A DNA stretch of 52,847 bases, from positions 1 through 52,847 of the IMG/VR virus record IMGVR_UViG_3300025141_000135. One strand, 5' to 3'. The translations under genes were made by a program, and so were the position numbers. This stretch comes from a virus. Its lineage: Duplodnaviria > Caudoviricetes. The notes under the pieces were generated by a model. It was not told the origin of the DNA. It did not search any database and worked only from the letters and a program-made list of their open reading frames with translations. Position 1 is the first letter of the stretch; every line of letters begins with the position of its first letter. This document shows, in pieces, positions 9,999 through 19,190 of the stretch.

Positions 9999-10876
9999 AC
10001 AGCAACCCCCTTTTCATTAGTCACTACAACTTGTCCATTCCTCATATCTTTTAGCGTATCTCCAAATTCCTTAACATAGTCATCATGATTATGCTGTCTA
10101 TTAGCCCAGTACGCGTCTTCATTACACCACCTAGGTGCATGGTGTAGATGTTCAGTCTTAACTCCAGTATCCATCCATCTCTCTATACTAAACTCTTTGC
10201 ACCTATAACTAAAGAAATAATCTTCTCCACATCCAGTACTGGCAAACCATGGCTTAGGAATTTCTTTAAATATATTCATATTATAAAGACATACAGCTGC
10301 TCCTAATGCAAGCTCCCCTCCTATACTAGAACTTCCAATTAACTGATCTCTAGGATAGTCTAGTAATATCTCATTCTTTTCAACAACCTTAGCATTATTC
10401 GTAATATCCCACTTTTCTGTTAACCGAAAAATAACAGGAAAAATAGGATCTCTAGCACTAAAGGCTAATGCACTTACTACGGGCTTTTGATGCCTCCATA
10501 GGCGAAGAAAAGCATCTTTTTCAAACCTCATATCATCATCCCACCAAAAGAGATAATCAGCATCTATCCCTATAGCTACATCTACTATTCTCTCTCTTGC
10601 CACCCCAACTAACGAAGTACGACTGTAATTTACTATATAGATCTCTAATTTTTCTATATCCTGCCACTCTTCTATTGTAGGATCAGCCAAGCCTTTATCA
10701 TACCCAGTTTCTTCTAAACTAGGAAGAAAATCTAAGTTTTCAATTTTAGGCATCATCTCGTGTACCCATAAACTTCTCTCACGAAGCGCACCAAAGTACA
10801 TCATCATATCAAAATAAAGTGGAAAAGTATTATCATCAGGCCCTGTATACCAAGGCATACCTAACACTAATTTCAT
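9995..10876 (-). CDS. GT-A fold glycosyltransferase
   Basis: ARERIVD...ADYLFWWDDDM (DxD motif), KPWF, GEDYFFSYRC, DTGVKTEH. Confidence 0.8.
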   Translation of the reverse strand: MKLVLGMPWYTGPDDNTFPLYFDMMMYFGALRERSLWVHEMMPKIENLDFLPSLEETGYDKGLADPTIEEWQDIEKLEIYIVNYSRTSLVGVARERIVDVAIGIDADYLFWWDDDMRFEKDAFLRLWRHQKPVVSALAFSARDPIFPVIFRLTEKWDITNNAKVVEKNEILLDYPRDQLIGSSSIGGELALGAAVCLYNMNIFKEIPKPWFASTGCGEDYFFSYRCKEFSIERWMDTGVKTEHLHHAPRWCNEDAYWANRQHNHDDYVKEFGDTLKDMRNGQVVVTNEKGVAV

Positions 10877-11121
10877 TATTTGTCCCTTCTCTCCATTAAG
10901 TCTTTAAGCCGCTCACTTAAAGTTCTATACCTAATAAGCCCTGTTCTCATCTTAAAAAATTCCCACATAGTGCCAGTTTCTACAACCTTAAATTGATGTC
11001 CTATATGATGACGCTTAATATTATTATCTGAACTTAACAGCCACATAATTCGATTACAGGAACATCTAACTAGTTTATCCTTAGTATCTCTTCCATCATG
11101 GGGTTTAAGCCATCCAAACAT
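10876..11121 (-). CDS. hypothetical protein (81 aa)
   Basis: ORF coupled to the next gene (TAATG overlap). Confidence 0.65.
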   Translation of the reverse strand: MFGWLKPHDGRDTKDKLVRCSCNRIMWLLSSDNNIKRHHIGHQFKVVETGTMWEFFKMRTGLIRYRTLSERLKDLMERRDK

Positions 11122-11139
11122 TTCCAGCCCCTTTTAATA

Positions 11140-11186
11140 AATGCAGGAGAGGGTCTTAACCAAAGGAGGCAGTGACCCTCCCCCAC
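11140..11186 (-). terminator. putative hairpin/partial terminator after the capsid genes
   Basis: GGGGAGGGTC...GACCCTCTCC stem followed by an AT-rich run on the minus strand. Confidence 0.45.
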
Positions 11187-11188
11187 AG

Positions 11189-11211
11189 CTCCGTAACAAT
11201 ATGTTACAGAG
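11189..11211. promoter_or_regulatory. 23-bp palindrome copy 2 (CTCCGTAACAATATGTTACAGAG)
   Basis: Intergenic; one core mismatch. Confidence 0.8.
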
Positions 11212-11213
11212 TT

Positions 11214-11708
11214 TTACATAGCCCTAATAAATACATGATCAGCATAAGCCTGACCAGCAGTAGCAATATTAGCACTCAAAAGAGATCCATTACCAGAAGT
11301 TGCTCCACCTCCAATAGTATCCAGAGCAACAATAGGACCATTGAAATCGGCACCAACACTATTCAATCCAAGAGTTGTTAGGTCATAAGTCATTCCATAA
11401 CCAGGACGGATTGTAACAGCTGCAGCAAGAGGAGCAATTAAAGCACTCTCATGGTACCCATACACCTGAGCAATTCCGACATCGTTATTAGCGACATCCT
11501 CATAAGCCAGGCCAATAATATTCCCGCCTCCAAGACCAGCATAACCAAAGGTTGCAGCTTTTGTTGCAGCCTCATTAGTACTTATGCTAGCGGTATTACC
11601 GAGAATTTTAACAACCGGATAATGAGCTGTAATAGTTAAACCATCACTGTTAGTGAAGTTCACCCAAACACGCTCAGTATCCGAACGATTTACAGTCTGC
11701 ATAAACAT
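11214..11708 (-). CDS. putative capsid decoration/cement protein
   Basis: Follows the major capsid gene; IGLAYEDVANNDVGIAQVYG pattern typical of cement-like proteins. Confidence 0.6.
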   Translation of the reverse strand: MFMQTVNRSDTERVWVNFTNSDGLTITAHYPVVKILGNTASISTNEAATKAATFGYAGLGGGNIIGLAYEDVANNDVGIAQVYGYHESALIAPLAAAVTIRPGYGMTYDLTTLGLNSVGADFNGPIVALDTIGGGATSGNGSLLSANIATAGQAYADHVFIRAM

Positions 11709-11723
11709 GAGTATTTTTTCCTC

Positions 11724-12008
11724 CTAAACAAAATCTATTGCAAAACGAAGAGTAGCTGCAGCACCAGTGTCTATAGCTACACTTCCGTTTGTTGCAGTAG
11801 TATCTGCAATTTGATTAATACGAGCTTGAACAGTCGTACCACCAGAAGGAAGATCGCAAGTGAACTGAGCATTCATTATACGGCTTCCAGTACCTAAGAC
11901 TGCAAAAGTCCTTAAAGTAGTGTCAGCCTCTAAAGTCCCAGTTACAACATTACGATTGCCTCTCCTAGTCACAGGACTGGTATCGTAGGTAATATCTCCC
12001 GCTGCCAT
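11724..12008 (-). CDS. small virion structural protein
   Basis: Directly after the major capsid gene; T/A/G-rich with a beta-strand pattern. Confidence 0.55.
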   Translation of the reverse strand: MAAGDITYDTSPVTRRGNRNVVTGTLEADTTLRTFAVLGTGSRIMNAQFTCDLPSGGTTVQARINQIADTTATNGSVAIDTGAAATLRFAIDFV

Positions 12009-12023
12009 TTCTCAGCTCCTTTT

Positions 12024-13007
12024 CTAGGTAATCCCCTGAAGGACGCCGTGGGCACTGCGAAGATTAGTACCCAGATTACCCTGATACAAGATCGGAGCAA
12101 TAAAGGCATCCTGGTTCACCGGGTTCTGCAAGCCACCATCAGCCATAGCGAAATCAGCGTCACGATGGACAAAACCGAAGATATGCTTCGAGTTAAGGAC
12201 ATACAGATAACCCGAGTCAACCTTCGACTCCCAGTTAATGCTAGCGCCACGGAAAGTCGGGCGGCTAGACAGATCACTCGTACCACCGCCAGTATAGCGA
12301 ATAGCAGGAACAACCAAGGATTCCAGGGTCTCAGCAACAGACTGAGTGGTAAAGATACCATCAGGCTCGCCCTCTACACCGGCAACTTCCGTGCAATCGT
12401 TATAGATCGTACGCAAGTTCGGAAGCAAGTTGACAGCGCCATTACCAACAGATAGAACAGCGTTATTCCGCCAAGCACTATTATTAGCGGAGTTAATATC
12501 CCCGTAAGTGCCAGTGGCAGGAGTCCCGTCAACCATAGCCTTAAGGCCCGTAATCTGCTTCGAGCCGTTGGAAGTGCCACCGCTGTAAGCATCCGAAGCC
12601 AAGTTATCCGCCAACGTGGACTCAGCCTGAAAGATTTTGTCTTTCGTCAAGTCACGAATACGACTTTCGCCCTGGTTCGAACGTTTGTCAAGACCAGAAA
12701 TCACGACACTAGTCGCTGCCTGTTTCCAGTTGAAAAAGGCGTTCGTGATTCCTTCGTACCCGGTAGGATCAAGAGCCTCAAGCCCTGAATAGCGCTTGAA
12801 GTTCCCACTACCTTCATACATAACCGGGACTTTAATACGCTCACCACCGGTGAGTCGTTTGATACGGTTGCCTTCCCTGATCCACGACCAGAAAGGGCTA
12901 CGCTTATGTACCTGATCTCGAAGCATCCCCGAGTCCAGGTAATTCATAATTGTCGAGGAAAGTAATGGTCCCCAGACAATCGTAGGTGCGCCATCTCCGA
13001 CAGCCAT
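12024..13007 (-). CDS. major capsid protein (HK97 fold)
   Basis: 327 aa after the scaffold; GGERIKVPVMY, FFNWKQAATSV, ITGLKAMVD, YGDINSANNSAWRN and terminal HGVLQGIT are typical major-capsid motifs. Confidence 0.88.
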   Translation of the reverse strand: MAVGDGAPTIVWGPLLSSTIMNYLDSGMLRDQVHKRSPFWSWIREGNRIKRLTGGERIKVPVMYEGSGNFKRYSGLEALDPTGYEGITNAFFNWKQAATSVVISGLDKRSNQGESRIRDLTKDKIFQAESTLADNLASDAYSGGTSNGSKQITGLKAMVDGTPATGTYGDINSANNSAWRNNAVLSVGNGAVNLLPNLRTIYNDCTEVAGVEGEPDGIFTTQSVAETLESLVVPAIRYTGGGTSDLSSRPTFRGASINWESKVDSGYLYVLNSKHIFGFVHRDADFAMADGGLQNPVNQDAFIAPILYQGNLGTNLRSAHGVLQGIT

Positions 13008-13026
13008 TTTAAATTACCTCTTAAGA

Positions 13027-13896
13027 TTAAGTTAACTCGCGGCGAGCTAAAGCCCACGCACGATCCATAACATCATCAGGGCTAGCTTCACCAGCCCTTA
13101 TATCAACCGCAGCTCCTGGAGTAGAAGCCCCAGTCCTACGAACTACATTAGGAGAAGGTCTGCTGCTACTTCCAGTATTAACCCCATTATTCAGAGTGGT
13201 CCTGCCTCTCGCTCCACCAGCTTCAGGGAACTCCATACGGAACAAGTCCAAAGGCGTAACGCCCCTAGATGGATCTTGCAACATCTGCATACGATTGTCA
13301 AGTCTCCGCTGAATAGCTGGATTCAAGACAAAGCTTCCAGACTCATCCATAGATCCGAACTGCTCTCCATACATATCAACGCCAGCCCTTAGATCCGCAT
13401 TGACAGCAGTTTCCGCAGTTTGTTCCTGGGCTTTAGCTTCCTCCCTTTGGTCTAATTCCTGTCGAGGAATATAACCAAGGCGATCAGCCATAGCCTTAAA
13501 GACTTCCATGTTCCTCTCTGTAACACCCTCAGGAAGAGGCTCCTCCTGGGGAGGTGCTTCCGGCTGTTGAACAGCTTGTTCTCTTTGCGACATCATCTGT
13601 TCCCGCAGGCCCAGAACTTCTGTGCGAAGGTCATGCCATTCGTTGTTGTTTTGGCTCATGCGCCGCTGCATACCTCTCAGGGCTTCAGCGGCCGCAGGAT
13701 CTGAATTATCTAAACGAGCAAGAACCACATCAGTTCCCTCTCGGGAAGCCTGACCAGGGTCTTGCACCTGAGTTCCTTCCAACACTGCATCAATATCAAG
13801 ATCGTCTTCACCAAACTCTTGAGCTTGATCATCAAGGTAAGCGTTAACGCTGCCTTCTTCCATCTGTCCAGTGTCGCCCCGAACTACTTCACTCAT
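13027..13896 (-). CDS. capsid scaffolding protein
   Basis: Acidic coiled-coil protein immediately upstream of the major capsid gene. Confidence 0.7.
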   Translation of the reverse strand: MSEVVRGDTGQMEEGSVNAYLDDQAQEFGEDDLDIDAVLEGTQVQDPGQASREGTDVVLARLDNSDPAAAEALRGMQRRMSQNNNEWHDLRTEVLGLREQMMSQREQAVQQPEAPPQEEPLPEGVTERNMEVFKAMADRLGYIPRQELDQREEAKAQEQTAETAVNADLRAGVDMYGEQFGSMDESGSFVLNPAIQRRLDNRMQMLQDPSRGVTPLDLFRMEFPEAGGARGRTTLNNGVNTGSSSRPSPNVVRRTGASTPGAAVDIRAGEASPDDVMDRAWALARRELT

Positions 13897-13949
13897 CTTT
13901 TCATCCTCCGCTATTTAGTAGGAAGACAATTCTTCCAGCCCTTTTTCTT

Positions 13950-13972
13950 CTCCATAACAATTTGTTACAGAG
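13950..13972. promoter_or_regulatory. 23-bp palindrome copy 3 (CTCCATAACAATTTGTTACAGAG)
   Basis: Intergenic, upstream of scaffold and major capsid genes. Confidence 0.85.
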
Positions 13973-13975
13973 TTC

Positions 13976-14395
13976 CTAATCATACCCTGGAATCTCTCCA
14001 GAAAGCTCTCTGGAAACAGTACGCCCTTCCGCGTCTGAAACCTCTATAACAGCATCATCAAAGGCCTTAGGCATCTTTTTTCGCTTGCCAATCGGCGGCT
14101 GCTTCTTTATCAGGTTAGGATTCTTATCATCGAAAATCCTAGATCCTCCAACTTGGTCTCCAGCCTCAACCACTCCCAGTTGGTTCATAATAGCCTTTTT
14201 ATCACGGGCAGAATAGACATCGCTCCCAAGACCTTCGTCATAGTAAGGCTCAAACGTATCTGCAGTGAAGCGTTCGGGCACTCGGTTCATCCTCTTTCCG
14301 CACGGACATTCGACCGGATTGCCTCTGTCATCCACTTTTCTATATACGTCATCTTTCTTTCCACAATCTAAACATTCAAAACTATAAACAGGCAT
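13976..14395 (-). CDS. FmdB-family zinc-ribbon protein
   Basis: MPVYSFECLDCG...VECPCGKRMNRV. Confidence 0.85.
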   Translation of the reverse strand: MPVYSFECLDCGKKDDVYRKVDDRGNPVECPCGKRMNRVPERFTADTFEPYYDEGLGSDVYSARDKKAIMNQLGVVEAGDQVGGSRIFDDKNPNLIKKQPPIGKRKKMPKAFDDAVIEVSDAEGRTVSRELSGEIPGYD

Positions 14396-17300
14396 CAGAA
14401 ATCATTCCCTCCCAGTTGCCTTCTGCGCCACTCATTGATAACTGACACAGCCTTAGCTCTATTTTTTACTTGTTCTTCTCCTTCTCCCCAAGTCTCAGAC
14501 AAGTCTCCAAAGCCAAGACCATAACCTTCTTCATCCGCACCGAGTAGCTTACTATCCCAATCCTGATTATTCTTAATAAAATCTTGGTTAACTTTTGCAT
14601 AGGCTCTACTATCTGTAGGATAGTTAGGAGCCATATCAGTAACACCAGGAAAATCAATGAAAGTACTAACATACTGCATTAGATTATTTAAAGCTATATC
14701 ATTCCATCGAGGCATTGCAGCATCAAGGTTCTCTACTTCAGGTATTTGATCCCAAAAAGACACATACTCCCTCTGCGTAGTTGCTCCACTTGCCCAGTCT
14801 ATTTCCTGTAGAGGACCTTCCACAGGGTGTCTACCAAACTCATGTATGCCAGCATCAGTTATAGTAGGCCCTACTAAATCAACATGCTCGTCTGATGCCA
14901 TCCAATCAGACACGAGGCTAGCGTTTCTTCGAGCGTCTCGTTGGTACATGTCATCAAGGGTTGTTTGGCTCTGTGCAACTGGATCTTCACCAATGTCCCT
15001 TTGCCCTATCGATCCTTGCGCATCCAAATCAAAAAGAATCGCAGATAATTCCTGAGGAGTTACGGGCGCTCCAGTAGTATTCCCCTGAAGATAAGCATCT
15101 ATTAATCTATCCTGCTCTTCCAAAGAAAAATCTTCAAGGTAAGACCTTATCTCATCTGAAGTCATATGAGCTGAAATGCCCAAGTTGGCAGAGCTTGTCC
15201 CAGCAGAAGGATGTTCTGACAACCTCTCAGCTACTTCATTAAGCCTAAGATCTCTTATCTCTTCCTCCGTCATTTCAGATAACGGTCTACCAAGCTCCTC
15301 AGTTTCTTCTGCTTCTCTGCGTTCCGTGCTCCTCCTATCAGCGTCTGAGAAAGTGGCTTCCAGGCTATCAAAGTCCTCCTGCGTAATGCCTTCCGCGTCT
15401 GCACCAGCACGCTCTCGCTCTAGTTCGTCAGATGATATACGCCCAGCATAATACTGTCTTAGTATCTCCAGATTCTCTGGGTCTACTATCTCCCACCTAT
15501 CTTCCCAATCAGGATGAGATAGTATAGCATTACCAGCTTGCCCAGCAGTATCAAAACCAAGGACATCCTCAGCCGCTAAAGCACCCAGAACATCTATCAT
15601 AGTATAATTCTGAGGAGGCGTTCCAGAAGCTCTTTGTAGTGTCTCTTCTGGACTTTCAGCAGGTAAGCGAGTCGATGGCTCTTCTTGTCTATAATCACTC
15701 CCTGATAGTACCGCTCTAGGCCCTTCATCATTATACTTATCTACCTGCCTTCTTACACTATCAGCGAATCGCCGAAGGGCTCCACCATCTAAATTACTAA
15801 TTATTTCCCTTTGCAGTCTTATCGGATCTCTTATCTCTCTTACAATACCATCTTTAAAGTCTTCAGCTGCAGAGCCTATTAAGAAATCAAGAGCCTCTCC
15901 TACATGCCCTGGATTGTTCATACCCCCACTAACCTTCGTAAGAACATCAAAGGAGTTATCAAGAGTCAACCCAAGATGCTCTCCGATAGCAGGATAATCA
16001 ATTAAAAGTAACTCTCTTAATCTCTGCCTTTTATCGCTAAGCATCCTACCCACAGGATCATAAGGATTTTGCTTAGAAGCTATATCTTCAGCTCTTGCCT
16101 GGTCTAGCTCGTCTAAAATTCTAAGATAGTCTTCTTTGTACTCTTCAAGAAAATCGTCTCGGATTCCTGGCTCCAGATCAGGATTTAATATAGTTCTTAG
16201 GTCTAAAGCCTCTATAGGCCATTCAACATCACTAACTATATTAGGCCCTGTGCTAGTACCTTCCCCTTGTATATACTCCCCCAACAGCGATGATCTCCCC
16301 CCAACGGAAAGATTCCCTCTACCTGACGTTCCTCCACGACCGCCTGCCGCTATACTGGCGTGTGCCCATCCGCTAACAGGAAATCCTCGAGCCGCTCTTT
16401 CGAAGTCCCTATTATACCTAGTTTCTAGGTCTGGGCTAGAAGTACCTGGAATAGCAGTAATAGGAAGCTCCCCACCAGCGCTAGGCCTGGAAGGCATACG
16501 AGAAGCTACAAAGTCTACCTCTTCTTGATGTGTCCTAGTGTTACTACCAAATTCTAGGCTCCTTATAAGCCCAGACACATCGCTTTGATCTCTTCTTAGC
16601 AAAGACCTAGGAGGCTTAGGATCGCTAGTACCAGGATATGAATACTCAAAATCATCTAAAAAAGCACTAATAGCATTAAAGTTATTCCCATCATAAACTA
16701 GCGTCCCCCCAAATAAAGTAGTATTAGGGGCCTTTGAAAGAAGATCCTCTCTTATAAATTCATCTTTAAACAATCTATCAAAAAAGGCAAACTCTTGATC
16801 CCCCAGCCTTTTATACATCCTGTCTTGTCTTGGGATACCTATAGTATCAAGGGCATCATATCCCAAGTAATCCTTGTATTCCATTCTTTCAAGAGGATTA
16901 GCATCTGGATCAAGGTACCCATTCTCTATCTGCCATAAGATAGAACTCCTGTTATATTCCCAAGTCTCTTCTCTAGTAGGACTGACAGTCGTTACCCCAG
17001 GATGCTCTCCTATAGCTGCTACCATAGCAGAGTACTTCGCACTATTTTTTCTCTTATCCCTCTCCCCTTTTTGCCTAAGCCACTTATCCCTCTTTACTAC
17101 ATAACCCTGCCAGTCAGCTGGATCTTTTGGAGGCTCTCCAACAGCCTCATCAAAAGACCTATTATCTTCTTCTATATCCTCTTTAACTCTTTCTTCTCTA
17201 GTCTTTCTAATATCCTTGGTTTTTTTAAGAAGGTCTTTAATGTCGTCACTGGGACCTGTAGGTCCTTCATCTCCTTCACCGGGGCCAGGAGCTCCCCCGC

Positions 17301-18045
17301 GTCTTTCTGGAAGAACTGGATAATCTCCCAACAACCCTTCTACATCCCTAGCACCAGAAAGCCCTGCCGCTGAAACATTAGGATCTGGAACCCCTGCTCT
17401 AACATCCCCGATAATAGTCTTAGCTGCCCTTGACATCTTCGGAACAAAAGGTCCAACCGCTATCTCTGCAGGATGAACTAGACCAAAAGCTCCTCTTTCC
17501 CCTACTTCCTCTCTCAATCCCTCAGCCAAGGCCCCTGCAATCTGCGACCTCTCTTCTTTCGCCCCAGAATAATATTGCTGCCTCTCCGCTAAACTCTTTG
17601 TTCCTGGAAAAGCAACACCCGGAGCCCAAGCCTCCATCTTCATCTGCCTAGCCACAACAGGAGCCAACTGCACAACTGCATCTATAGCTGGCTGAGTGTA
17701 TTTATCCTGCCACTGTTTTCCTTCAGGCCCATATCTTTGACTAGTACTCATCCCTATCCAGTCTACAGCAATTCCCACTAAGCTCGCTATATCCTGTAAT
17801 CCCATTTTCAGGCCTTGAGGACTCTTATAGAAAAAGTCATGGACTATATTAGACTTAGGACTCTCCTTGCTTTTTTGGGAAGACCCAGAAAAAACAGGCG
17901 TAATACTACCTTTTGATAAATCACTTACAAGCATCTCCAGAGCTTTATACTTATCAGGATTCTCAGTCTCTAACTTCGCAAGAAAAGACCCTTTGTCTCC
18001 TGTCATGGCTCTGGAAGTAGCGGAGCTAACATTCACTTGTGTCAT
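14395..18045 (-). CDS. large acidic protein of unknown function (1216 aa), possibly an internal virion protein
   Basis: Long ORF between portal and scaffold; no recognisable motif. Confidence 0.75.
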   Translation of the reverse strand: MTQVNVSSATSRAMTGDKGSFLAKLETENPDKYKALEMLVSDLSKGSITPVFSGSSQKSKESPKSNIVHDFFYKSPQGLKMGLQDIASLVGIAVDWIGMSTSQRYGPEGKQWQDKYTQPAIDAVVQLAPVVARQMKMEAWAPGVAFPGTKSLAERQQYYSGAKEERSQIAGALAEGLREEVGERGAFGLVHPAEIAVGPFVPKMSRAAKTIIGDVRAGVPDPNVSAAGLSGARDVEGLLGDYPVLPERRGGAPGPGEGDEGPTGPSDDIKDLLKKTKDIRKTREERVKEDIEEDNRSFDEAVGEPPKDPADWQGYVVKRDKWLRQKGERDKRKNSAKYSAMVAAIGEHPGVTTVSPTREETWEYNRSSILWQIENGYLDPDANPLERMEYKDYLGYDALDTIGIPRQDRMYKRLGDQEFAFFDRLFKDEFIREDLLSKAPNTTLFGGTLVYDGNNFNAISAFLDDFEYSYPGTSDPKPPRSLLRRDQSDVSGLIRSLEFGSNTRTHQEEVDFVASRMPSRPSAGGELPITAIPGTSSPDLETRYNRDFERAARGFPVSGWAHASIAAGGRGGTSGRGNLSVGGRSSLLGEYIQGEGTSTGPNIVSDVEWPIEALDLRTILNPDLEPGIRDDFLEEYKEDYLRILDELDQARAEDIASKQNPYDPVGRMLSDKRQRLRELLLIDYPAIGEHLGLTLDNSFDVLTKVSGGMNNPGHVGEALDFLIGSAAEDFKDGIVREIRDPIRLQREIISNLDGGALRRFADSVRRQVDKYNDEGPRAVLSGSDYRQEEPSTRLPAESPEETLQRASGTPPQNYTMIDVLGALAAEDVLGFDTAGQAGNAILSHPDWEDRWEIVDPENLEILRQYYAGRISSDELERERAGADAEGITQEDFDSLEATFSDADRRSTERREAEETEELGRPLSEMTEEEIRDLRLNEVAERLSEHPSAGTSSANLGISAHMTSDEIRSYLEDFSLEEQDRLIDAYLQGNTTGAPVTPQELSAILFDLDAQGSIGQRDIGEDPVAQSQTTLDDMYQRDARRNASLVSDWMASDEHVDLVGPTITDAGIHEFGRHPVEGPLQEIDWASGATTQREYVSFWDQIPEVENLDAAMPRWNDIALNNLMQYVSTFIDFPGVTDMAPNYPTDSRAYAKVNQDFIKNNQDWDSKLLGADEEGYGLGFGDLSETWGEGEEQVKNRAKAVSVINEWRRRQLGGNDF

Positions 18046-18239
18046 TTATAAGTTCCTGAGACAATATTATTAGTCATTGGAGGAACCACAATACCCTTAA
18101 TTTTATTCTTCCTTCTCCTACGCCTTTTCTTCTTCTTAGGAGGAGGGTACATCTCAGTAGCGCTCATCGCTGAGTCCCACTGCAAGTCCGGCTGTGCATA
18201 GCCTGGCATCTTAAGGCTCCCAGTCTCCCAGCCGCCCAC
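18042..18239 (-). CDS. small basic protein (true start probably at MPGYAQ)
   Basis: Contains KKKKRRRRRKNKIK; overlaps both neighbours. Confidence 0.55.
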   Translation of the reverse strand: MGGWETGSLKMPGYAQPDLQWDSAMSATEMYPPPKKKKRRRRRKNKIKGIVVPPMTNNIVSGTYK

Positions 18240-19017
18240 GCCTTCTTATTTCATCTTCTACCAATCGTCTCCACAAAGCAATATCTTTAGGTGATGTACC
18301 CATATCAGCTAGAAGAGCATCATGGCCTGGAGAAAGAGAATCTAATAATTCATCCTCACTCATAGTCTTAAGATTCTCAACCTCTGCTGCTAGTCCTTCT
18401 ACCATCTCCTGATCAACTCTATTCTTCCCAGAAGGAGAAGGCATATCCCTAGCCTTCATCCTGGTCTCTGAAGGAAGATCCTTAGTAGCCATAATGTCTG
18501 TAGTTTTCTTTGGAACAGAAGGCTTTGGAACATAAGGCTTTCTTCCTTCTCTTTTCATTTTTCTAATAGCAGCTTTATGCTCATCAGCTTTGGACTTTCT
18601 ACCAAGATCAAAAGTTAAATCCATTACTGCTTCTATAGATTTTTTGGCCTTATCATAAACCTCGTCCGCGTCTGGTTGCTTAGCTATTCTCGCTTTAATA
18701 GCAGCTTTATCTAAATGCTTCCATGCCTCCTTTAAGGTACTTTGGTCAGCTCTAGCCGCAATCTTCATAGCATCTTGTACACTACCAGACTGCACAACCT
18801 CCAAAATAGTTTCTGCTATTTTTCTACTGCCTTCAACCGCCATAGCTCCAGCAGGGAGCATATCAGCGGCAAGGCCGATCTGATCCCAAGTGTCAAATTT
18901 CCTCTTTTTCTGAGCATCGAACTCTTCTCTCGCCGCAGGATCTTCTGGGCCAAGAACCCTTTTCGCTGCAGGAGAAACCACGGCTGTCTTATCTTTAGTC
19001 TCTGGTAAATAAGCCAT
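18211..19017 (-). CDS. hypothetical protein (268 aa)
   Basis: Long ORF in the late operon. Confidence 0.75.
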   Translation of the reverse strand: MAYLPETKDKTAVVSPAAKRVLGPEDPAAREEFDAQKKRKFDTWDQIGLAADMLPAGAMAVEGSRKIAETILEVVQSGSVQDAMKIAARADQSTLKEAWKHLDKAAIKARIAKQPDADEVYDKAKKSIEAVMDLTFDLGRKSKADEHKAAIRKMKREGRKPYVPKPSVPKKTTDIMATKDLPSETRMKARDMPSPSGKNRVDQEMVEGLAAEVENLKTMSEDELLDSLSPGHDALLADMGTSPKDIALWRRLVEDEIRRRGRLGDWEP

Positions 19018-19190
19018 TATGCACTCAATACTTTCTTTGTCTTACGAGAAACTTTTGGAAGCTTTCCACCCTGATCTTCGTCAAGAAACCTCTTAATTAC
19101 ACTAAGCTTCAACCCTAGTTTCTTCCTAAGCTTGGGATCATTCTTAGCGGCATGAAACATCGCCCGCTGATTTTGGCTCTTAAAAGGCAT
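19017..19190 (-). CDS. 57-aa basic protein (MPFKSQNQRAMF... type; not in ORF track)
   Basis: Manual translation. The ATG overlaps the portal stop (TGATG) and the stop overlaps the next ATG (TAATG). Confidence 0.8.
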   Translation of the reverse strand: MPFKSQNQRAMFHAAKNDPKLRKKLGLKLSVIKRFLDEDQGGKLPKVSRKTKKVLSA

